Position numbers and translations under genes: made by a program. Of a stretch of 64,000 bases of DNA, positions 54,888 to 64,000 are shown piece by piece. The DNA comes from Octopus sinensis (taxonomy: Eukaryota): assembly GCF_006345805.1 (NCBI RefSeq), contig NC_043012.1, positions 47,864,001 to 47,928,000 of the forward strand. The letters are read 5' to 3'. Every line of letters begins with the position of its first letter. The first letter of the stretch is position 1. The notes beneath the pieces were generated by a model. It did not search any database and was not told where the DNA came from. It saw only the letters and a program-made list of their open reading frames with translations.

Positions 54888-55656
54888 ATTCGTACAAGCT
54901 ACGACGAATTCTACGGTTGGCTATCGAGTTTGTAATGTTATGTTTTTTTATATTTCTTGAGTTTGTTGCACTGACGAACATGAAATGCATATTCTGCATT
55001 AAATGCGAAATCACATGTGATATGTAACTGAATTCTTTTTTAAAATGATGTGTTTTGAAGTTTTGCATTCGTTAAAATTTTGTTTATTTTTAGTAGTTTT
55101 GACCGCATTGGTCCCTCTTAACGTGTTGGTATCTACGAATAGTAGTACCCTCAATATAATATAAATGAATATTTTCAAAGAGGAAGAATTTACGGATTTT
55201 TTCTCTTACGGGGTTTTTCACGCTGACTACTGATAATTTCTTTTAAAGATTTTATCCTCAATTGTTAATTTATATTTTTCACCGGAATAGTTCAATACTG
55301 AATTTTTATTCCGACTAGGCAATTTGTTACCGAAATGCATTGCGAAAAAGCCCGCCATTTTCATAGATATGTAAGGATAAACATTCGTACATGCTACGAC
55401 GAATTCTACGGTTGGCTATCGAGCTTGTAATGTTATGTTTTTCTCTTATATTTCTTGAGTTTGTTGCACTGATGAACATGAAATGCATATTCTGCATTAA
55501 ATGCGAAATCACATGTGATATGTAACTGAATTCTTTTTTAAAATGATGTGTTTTGAAGTTTTGCATTCGGTAAAATTTTGTTTATTTTTAGTAGTTTTGA
55601 CCGCATTGGTCCCTCTTAGCGTGTTGGTATCTACGAATAGTAGTACCCTCAATATA
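54888..55656 (+). repeat. Direct repeats of about 272 bp (54888-55160, 55385-55656), each with an ultra-minimal hammerhead-like motif
   Basis: TTCGTACA.GCTACGACG...GTAGTACCCTCAATATAA present twice; CTGA(C/T)GA-ACAT-GAAA-TGCA-TA at 54971 and 55469. Confidence 0.85.
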
Positions 55657-55687
55657 AATATATATATATATATATTATATATATATA

Positions 55688-55738
<51 letters not shown>

Positions 55739-55853
55739 ATTATATCTATACATATATAAAATACATATATATATACATATATATACATATACATATACAT
55801 ACAAATATATATATATTATGTATACACACACACATATATATATATATATATAT

Positions 55854-55891
<38 letters not shown>

Positions 55892-56876
55892 AGAAGAGAG
55901 AAAAAATTTAGATCGAGAGGAATTAGGTACTTAATTTGGGGCACCAGAATTTAGTTCAGTATTATCAATACAATTTCAAAATAAGGTGGATATAATCAAA
56001 ATAAACAACAAGGATATCCTTGTTGCTTATTATGATTATATATATACTTATATATATATATATATAAACACACAACATATACAAACCTCCCTGATCGTTA
56101 GCACACACGCCTTTATATAGCTTTTACCAAACTTACCTTATCACTCCATGAAATAAATATTAATTATTTAATTTTTTTTTGAAACCTTAACCTAATAAAT
56201 CCCCTACTATTTAATTGTAACTCCTACGCCTACATAATTTAACATTAAAATATTTTCTCCATTCACGTCTACCTACACACCCATAACCCCATTGCTAAAA
56301 GTAATTCTACAGCCACTGACATTAGCCAGAACGGACACAATATTTACTACTAGATTTCCTTTCCAACCTCTATTGACTAGAAAAATACCACTGACACCCG
56401 CTACTCTATAAATTCCTTTCATTTTACTTTATTTTGTTTATTTGTTTTTACTTTATCTTCCTTTACATCCTCCTCTTTTTGTACACTATATACTTACACA
56501 CACTGTTTTTATATATACCTTACTTTATCCTTAACGCCAATCCTTAACTTCCTCCCTCACTCTCACTACCCCTCTTTGTATTTATTTATTTTTCTTTCTT
56601 TTTACCACTTAATAACCACCTCCGATACCATTCTGTTTTTGAATGTTGATATGTTTGCGTCTATTTCTGGATTTTTACTCTATCAGGACTTTAACCTACG
56701 TAGATTTACGCAGGATTGCCCCTAAAGAAATACGGACTTACTTATACAAGATCAGGAAATTGAAATGTGAACTTTTAGGCTTCTTTTTCCTTCTCTTTCT
56801 TCATCTCAGTATTCCTTTACTCCTGTATTCTATGTCATCATTTCATCAATCTATACCTTTCTCATTTTCCTTATTT

Positions 56877-56932
56877 GTCTCCGATGATGGAATATGCTAT
56901 ACTCTGGGATATCCTAGAAACAGATGTAAGAC
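56877..56932 (+). ncRNA. Type I hammerhead ribozyme (predicted, CCGAUGA core)
   Basis: GUCU-CCGAUGA-UGGAAUAU..AUAUCCUA-GAAA-C AGAU G-UA/AGAC; 4-bp stem I, GUA triplet. Confidence 0.65.
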
Positions 56933-57000
56933 TTTGAAATTTGAGATGTTTGCCTTGCCTTAAAGATTGTTGTCCTCTTTAACAATAATGTATCTATGCA

Positions 57001-57036
<36 letters not shown>

Positions 57037-57551
57037 GGGTGGACTAAAATAGGTTTACGGTTATTCAACTATCTGTTTTGCATTCCATTCTTAACAGTTT
57101 AGATAAAAATTATCAACCCATTATTCTATGTTAATTTAGTGAATTGGAAGATAGAAATTTAAATGTTTAAAAAAAAAATTGAAATGATAATTGTAAACAT
57201 GCTTTTGAGTCACTGTGTGTGTATGTATATATATATATGTATATATATATTTATTTATATATATACATATATATATAAATGTATATATATATGTACATGT
57301 ATATGCATGTATACTGTTTTATCTGGGGAGAGTCATTTTCTTTTTGTGCCTTATTATGTAACACACTAACCGGTAAAATTTCCACTTTTTTTCTTATTTT
57401 TATTGTCCTAAAAAAGAAAAAAGGGGAAATTTTACCGGTGAGTGTGTTACATAATAAGGCACAAAAGAAAATGACTCTCCCCAGACACAACAGAATATGC
57501 TTCAACACACAAACTCATATAAGGAATCTTACAAACCAAATCCCAAGCAAA

Positions 57552-57617
<66 letters not shown>

Positions 57618-57699
57618 AACAGAGTGTGTAGGCTATTTAAGAATATATAAATTTTGAGTTATTAGTTTTTTAAAATTGACTTTATGTCATTTAAATTTT

Positions 57700-58310
57700 A
57701 GAAGATAATAATGGCAGACGCTTTGCTTATTCGGGAAAGGGAAAACCATACTGTAGTCTTAACCATAAATGTTTGACACAGCAATTGAAGACAGTTAAAA
57801 TCCAAGAAGATCATGTCATCATTTGTTTTGTTTCTTCCTTTTTAGTTTTTATCACAAACATTTTGTACAGAAAAAATGACAAATGGTTATGTTCAGACTC
57901 TTCTGAAGTTCCAGCGGTGATGCACGCAAAATTTCCTGCAACTGTCAAGTTGTCAGTAATGAAGGACATGTGATGACTCATCTCTTCTTTCCACATGGTC
58001 TTAGAGTTAATTCTGCAAGTTACATTCAGGTTCTGTAAACAGTTGTCAAATCTTGTATAGATAAATTACGTAATGGGAAGTCGTACGTGTTTCAGTCGGA
58101 CACTGCGCAATCACATTATTCTCAAGCATGACAAGAACAGATAGCTGACAATTTTTATGACCACTTGTTTCCTAAACTTTGACCTGCAAGCTCATCAGAT
58201 CTCAATCCGTTGGACTTTTATCTGTGCAGCGTTGTTGAGAGAGAAGCCAATCAACATACTCGTAATACCAAGGATACATTGAAAACCGCCATAGTAAAGT
58301 AACACTGTTC
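57700..58310 (+). mobile_element. Degenerate DD37D (maT) mariner-like transposase remnant
   Basis: YVFQSDTAQSH...PASSSDLNPLDFYLCSVVERE; 37 positions between second and third D; in-frame stops. Confidence 0.75.
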
Positions 58311-58523
58311 TATATTTTAGAGACGATGAATTTTGTGTAATATTTATACTAGAAGGATATGCGTCCTCATGTTTCCACAATGCTTCGGCTGGTTTACTCT
58401 CCAGCCTTTATCAGGTGTCGTGGTAGAAATTTGAACCCAACCATGGGTTCTCATTCCTAAGATATTTTTTGCTGACTTTATTATTATTATTATTACTATC
58501 ATCATTATTATTATTATTATTAA

Positions 58524-58569
<46 letters not shown>

Positions 58570-58788
58570 TATTCAAGTCAATGCCTGGAATTGAAGTCGG
58601 AATCTTGGAGTTAGTAGCCCTCGTTAACCATGGTGATGAAGTCTGGTGAGTAAATCAGCCGAAATGTTTTGGTAACAACAAACAAGATGAGGTCACATGT
58701 CCGTGCATTGTAAATAATGTAGTAAAAGTAATGTCCGATATGAATCAGTACCACTTAATCTTACAAACCAAATCCCAAAGCGAAATAT

Positions 58789-58863
<75 letters not shown>

Positions 58864-59260
58864 AAGATAGTGTGTAGGCTATTTAAGAATATATAAATTT
58901 TGAGTTATTAGTTACCCATAGAAATACTTATCAAATCTGAAGCTGGCTACATTGATTAAAGAAGACAATGTAGTTTATATGTACAATTTTCCCATTACTG
59001 AAGTTGTTTGTACGTTATTCCAAAAAGAGAATGACAAATTTGTCCTCGTATAGCTTACGCACGCATTGTATCTATCCATAAATGCATACATATATACTTT
59101 TCTCGCTGGATTAAGTCTTCGTTTCTCCTTTTGTCTTCTGCAAATTTATTTTTGGATCTTCTATATATATGAAGAATTTTCCTCCGTCTGGCTGTTTTTC
59201 TCTCTACAAAACGGAAAGTTGCATTATGGAACAGTCATTTTAACGAGGTTTTTTTTTTAT

Positions 59261-59367
59261 TATCCCCCCGATGAGATACGTCTGCACCACCAGATACTCC
59301 TGAACCAGTTTTTGTGTGTCCCACAAGAGGAGTCGATGCTAGATGTGTCGAAACAATTGCTGTGATT
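59261..59367 (+). ncRNA. Decayed hammerhead (CCGAUGA core, long stem II)
   Basis: CCGAUGA-GAUAC GUCUGCA...UGCUAGAU GUGUC-GAAA-C AAUU G; position 16.1 is C and stem I is broken. Confidence 0.5.
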
Positions 59368-59409
59368 AATAATATATTCTCGTATATTCCATCTTCTGTC
59401 TTTCATTTG

Positions 59410-59450
<41 letters not shown>

Positions 59451-59660
59451 CTTCAAAAATATAAGGAATGGCCATAATAGGACATTCGACTCACTAGAAA
59501 GAGTAGCCAAACTCAGCCAAACTAGTGAGTCGAATGTCCTATATGGCCATTCCTTATATTTTTGAATGTATATTATATAGCCTTTGACTATCTTTTCTTT
59601 CTCACTGGACCGCTGGTAGCGAAGAAATTTTTCTAGAATTTTTTGCTACCCTTATATTTA

Positions 59661-59712
<52 letters not shown>

Positions 59713-59804
59713 CTATTTATAACTTCACTTTTAAAGGCATTTTTTTTAATATGCCGACCACTGATCATTTTTTTTAATTATCTTAAATTTGAAGTATATA
59801 TGTA

Positions 59805-60178
59805 TCGTCGTGACACTCCGTCGGTTAGGAAAACGAGGGTTCCAGCTGATCCGATCAACGGGATATCCTGCTCATGAAATTGGCGTGCAAAGTGGCTTAG
59901 CACTCCACAGGCACTTGTATTCCTTAACGTAGTTCTCGGGGAGATTCAGTGTGACAGAGTGTGACAAGGCTGGCCCTTCGAAATACAGATACAACAAAAA
60001 CAAGAAAAAAGAGTGAGAAAAAGAGTACAGCAGGGTTTACCACCACTCTACGCCGGAACCTTGTGGACGTTTAGGTGTTTTCATTCAATAAAATCTCGCA
60101 AAAATGCTCTGGGAATCGAAACCGCGAACCTACGATCGTGAGTCCGCTACCCTAACCACTGGGCCATTGCGCCTCACA
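59805..60178 (-). mobile_element. OR-like tRNA-derived SINE, full length
   Basis: Homologous over its length to 18358-18708 with extra 3' tail. Confidence 0.85.
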
Positions 60179-60254
60179 GACACACACACACACATAGATA
60201 CAAACACACAGACACACACACACACACACACACACGCATGCACACACACTCACA

Positions 60255-60312
<58 letters not shown>

Positions 60313-60359
60313 CCAAATCTTTGGTTACAAGTTGATCTCCTAAGTCCTTTATTATAGTA

Positions 60360-60712
60360 AAAGATACTTGGTCCAGGTGGTATGCAGTGGGTCTGAAGCC
60401 GAAATCCAGTTGTCACGTGACCGACCAGGCTATCAGATGTTGCTACACATTGCTGGTCACAATGCGCTTCGCATTGTTTTAGCCTTCAAATGACGCCACC
60501 CCGCTGACTAAGCGAGCAGACCAACAGGAGAAAAAGTGAGAGGGAGTGGCGGTGAAAGAGTACTGCAGGGATCGCCACCACCCCCTGCCGGATCCTCATG
60601 GAGCTTTAGGTGATTTCGCTCAATAAACACTCACAACGCCCGGTCTGGGGATCGAAACCGCTATCCAACAACAACGAGTCCGCTGCCCTAACCACTGGGC
60701 CATTGTGCCATC
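60360..60712 (-). mobile_element. Sister OR-like SINE: same head, different 3' half
   Basis: Shares 5' about 150 bp with 18358 copy, then an unrelated body; matches the known OR1/OR2 shared-head arrangement. Confidence 0.8.
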
Positions 60713-61735
60713 ATGTATGTATTCTAAATGATACATTTAGTGAGGGAGTAAGCAAATCATTGAACACCAAGGAAATGTGTTTATGGAGTGTATAAAAAGT
60801 ATCGATAAGTAGTCAAAAGAATGACAATATGACCTCATAGTTGATAAAACAATTAATATAAATTGATAGAAGTCCTTATTATCATTCTTTAGATTTAATA
60901 TGTATTTTATACATTCTTTGAACAATCCTTGCACATTGTGAACTGAGAAATTATGTTTAGCTTGTCTTTATGGGTGTGCATATTTGTTTGTGTGTAGGTG
61001 GGTGTTCGTGGTATTTGTATTTGTGTATTTGAGTTTGCGCGTGTTTATGTGTTAATTGAAATAAATATAGAAGAAAATAATAGATTTGTGTGTGTGGTGT
61101 GTTGTGGTCGCATGAGATTGTCTGTAATTCTGAATGTGTTCAATAAATGTGCTTACCTATTGATATGCCTGTCTGTTAAAAGGAAAGATATGTTAACACG
61201 GCACTAGTGAAACAATACAAAAGTTTAAATTCATCGATTGCCAATCATTGACAATATAGTAAGAATTCTCTCTGCTGAATTGAACATGTTAATCTCGCAT
61301 ATGAAATTGATTGGACACCCCCTCCTCACACACATATTTACAGATGCATAAACACACTTATACAATCGTGCAAACATACACTAATATACAAACACACCAC
61401 CACACGCGCGTACAAAAGACGCACACAGACACACACAATCCTAGTGATATCCATCGTACAGACTGTGGTTTTAAAGAATGATACTTTGCAATTATCTGCA
61501 TAGAACACATTTAATAAATTCGATGGTGGTATACATGGTATTGTTTAAATCTATCATTGCATGTTTATTGTTCTTGCTGCTGCTATTGTTAGTGCTGTTG
61601 CCGCTGTTGTAATTGAGGCTGTTGTGTCGTTTTGGTCAACGTTGTTTGGACTGAAGCGTATGGAGGTATATGAAGACTGAAAAAATAATATCGTTGATTG
61701 TAACAAGAAAAGAAATATGTAGTATTTCGGTACAG

Positions 61736-62155
61736 GTTTGTTATTTCTTTGTTGCCCACAAGGGGCTAAACATAGAGGGGACAAACAAGGACAGACAAAG
61801 GCATTAAGTCAATTACATCGACCCTAGTACGCAACTGGTACTTAATTTATCGACCCCAAAAGGATGAAAGGCACTGTCGATCTCGGTGGCATTTGAACTC
61901 AGAACGTAACGGCAGGCGAAATACCCATTTCTTTACTACCCACATGGGGCTAAAGACAGAGAGGACGAACAAGGACAGACAAACAGATTAAGTCGATTAC
62001 ATCGAACCCAGTGCGTAACTGGTACTTAATTTATCGACCCTAAAAGGATGAAACGCACTGTCGATCTCGGCGGAATTTGAACTCAGAACGTAGCGTCATA
62101 CGAAATACCGCTAAGCATTTTGCCCGGTGTGCTAACGTTTCTGCCTTCTCGCCGC
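61736..62155 (-). mobile_element. Dimeric MetaSINE-core SINE
   Basis: Two units of about 185 bp matching units 1 and 2 of 17293-17906. Confidence 0.85.
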
Positions 62156-62403
62156 ATTAGTAAAGGTTTCAGTAGAGGTTTGTGTTCTACGTCATACGTA
62201 CATATTACGGGTATTTCTCACACATTTCACTAATGTTATAACGAAATGTATATTAGAAATTTATAGTGAAATGTATTGATATAATACAGCGGCGAGCTGG
62301 CTTCGTGGAAGCATTTTGTCCCACGGTCTAATGATTCTGTCAGCTTGCGTTTTCGCAAGATACATAACGTAATGCCCAACTAAAACAATCAGTGTACTTA
62401 ATA

Positions 62404-62480
<77 letters not shown>

Positions 62481-62483
62481 GTA

Positions 62484-62560
<77 letters not shown>

Positions 62561-62839
62561 TGAGTGTGTGTGTATCAGGTTGAGTAAAACGTAAGCAACC
62601 CTTTGAACCATGAAGAATTTGTACCGGATTTTTGCAGTTTGGCATTTTTTAAAACCGTTGTTACAGTCATCTCTCTGACCGAGTTGATCATAATTTTTGT
62701 TTGTGCGCTGTTCGAAAGGTTTGGTGTAAGTTGTAATATTTGGGCATAATTGTTGAATTTGCACTGTTGATTTATTACGTTGTTGAACTTTTGTTGAGTG
62801 TTGTTTAAGCACCAATTTTTCTTCTTATGGCAGAACATT

Positions 62840-64000
62840 GTTGATGTTTACCCCTTGTGTGAACCGGGAAAATATTGTATTTAAAAAAATAATAAATAAA
62901 GACAAATCCCCTTTTACAACCAAGACCAGTAGTGAACCAGGTACAAGTCAAAATATCAGAAGCGGAGAATCCAGCACAGTTTTAATTAGCATGCCAACAG
63001 AAAAACGGGTTTATGCAAGGAAGAAAAGCTTGCAATTTTGCAGCAGCGGGTGGTGTTTCAAAAAAGGCAATGAATTGTGGAAGAGATGAGCTCGGAAAAT
63101 ACAAAGGTTTCAAGAAAAGGGAGGGGAGCGAAACAGCGATTTCCTTTCTCAGTGAAACGACGTAGAATGACCAAAGTAAAAAAAAAAAGAAAAGGATAAC
63201 GCAAGTAAATAGGCGGTAGAGCTGTGTCTCCATCCAGTTTGGAACGACGTGGCATAAATCACCAGGGGAATGATATACCACTATAGAGGTCCGATTTAAA
63301 ACCGAGGAAAAGGCAAAACAAGCATCAACGGGGCCATTAAAAACTGCGGAGATGGTTCTCCTATATACTTATCTTGAAGACGGAATTCCAAGATTAAGGT
63401 AGGTGACATCCCACTCGAAGTAGATCCCGCTTGGCTGGTGGCAGTCATAATAAACGATTGGAGGATTAGATCACAATTCTCTAAGCCTCAGCGCTCGGAC
63501 TGTAGAATTGGCAGGGGAAGGCCTCGAAATGATTATTCAGGCTGCCCCGGCTGGTTTAGAAAATATCTTAGAAACTATACAGGTGGGGAAAACTAAACTG
63601 CTAGTCAAGGTAGAGGGGATGATGCACCGTTGCTACAAGTGCAGTCAAAAAGGCCACATTTGGGCCAAATGCAAACCTCCTCCCGAAAAAGCAACAATTC
63701 CCCACTTGAAGAAATACAAAAGAAGCTGCAGGTGAAATGTAGGATGAAACTTCGGAAAATGAAACAGAGGAATAGGATATAGATGAAGCCCAAGGAGAAA
63801 GGTGGGAAATTTTCTCTAGGAAAAGCGAAAAAGACCCTCACCATACAACCCCACAAGCCCTACTTCAAAACAAAGCAAAGCAAAAAAACCAAAAAAAAAA
63901 ACAAATCACACAACTACAAAAAAGTAACCAAAAACTACGAGGGGAAAAACAACCCTTAAACCATTGATATTTATAAAATAGACAGAGCCAATTATAACAT
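62840..64000 (+). mobile_element. Tx1/L1-like LINE ORF1 (gag-like, CCHC knuckle), frameshifted, runs off the window
   Basis: CYKCSQKGHIWAKC knuckle preceded by an RRM-like stretch (VRFKTEEKAKQA..IKVGDIPLEVDPAWL). Confidence 0.7.

Overview
AT-rich, microsatellite-saturated animal DNA. The SINE families (OR1/OR2-like, MetaSINE-core) suggest an octopod cephalopod; this is inference. There are no prokaryotic genes, rRNA, true tRNA or CRISPR arrays, and most listed ORFs are translations of simple repeats. Recognisable content: a near-complete IR/DR-type DD34E Tc1 transposon, a DD37D maT remnant, a Penelope-like (PLE) RT/GIY-YIG fragment plus many PLE-type terminal pieces abutting (TA)n, an internally deleted RTE LINE, several R4/Dong RLE LINE copies in (TAA)n or (CATA)n tracts, two Tx1/L1-like fragments and many SINEs. 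Two layers are not visible in the ORF track. First, about a dozen hammerhead-ribozyme-like (type I) motifs from several unrelated repeat families, some apparently intact, several with a CCGANGA core, and one pair delimiting a 498-nt retrozyme-like unit. Second, scattered minus-strand candidate exons whose spliced product aligns by eye to an ionotropic glutamate receptor amino-terminal (LIVBP/ANF-receptor) domain. All alignments and folds were done by eye. Several frameshifts and near-identical tandem duplicates may be long-read assembly errors.
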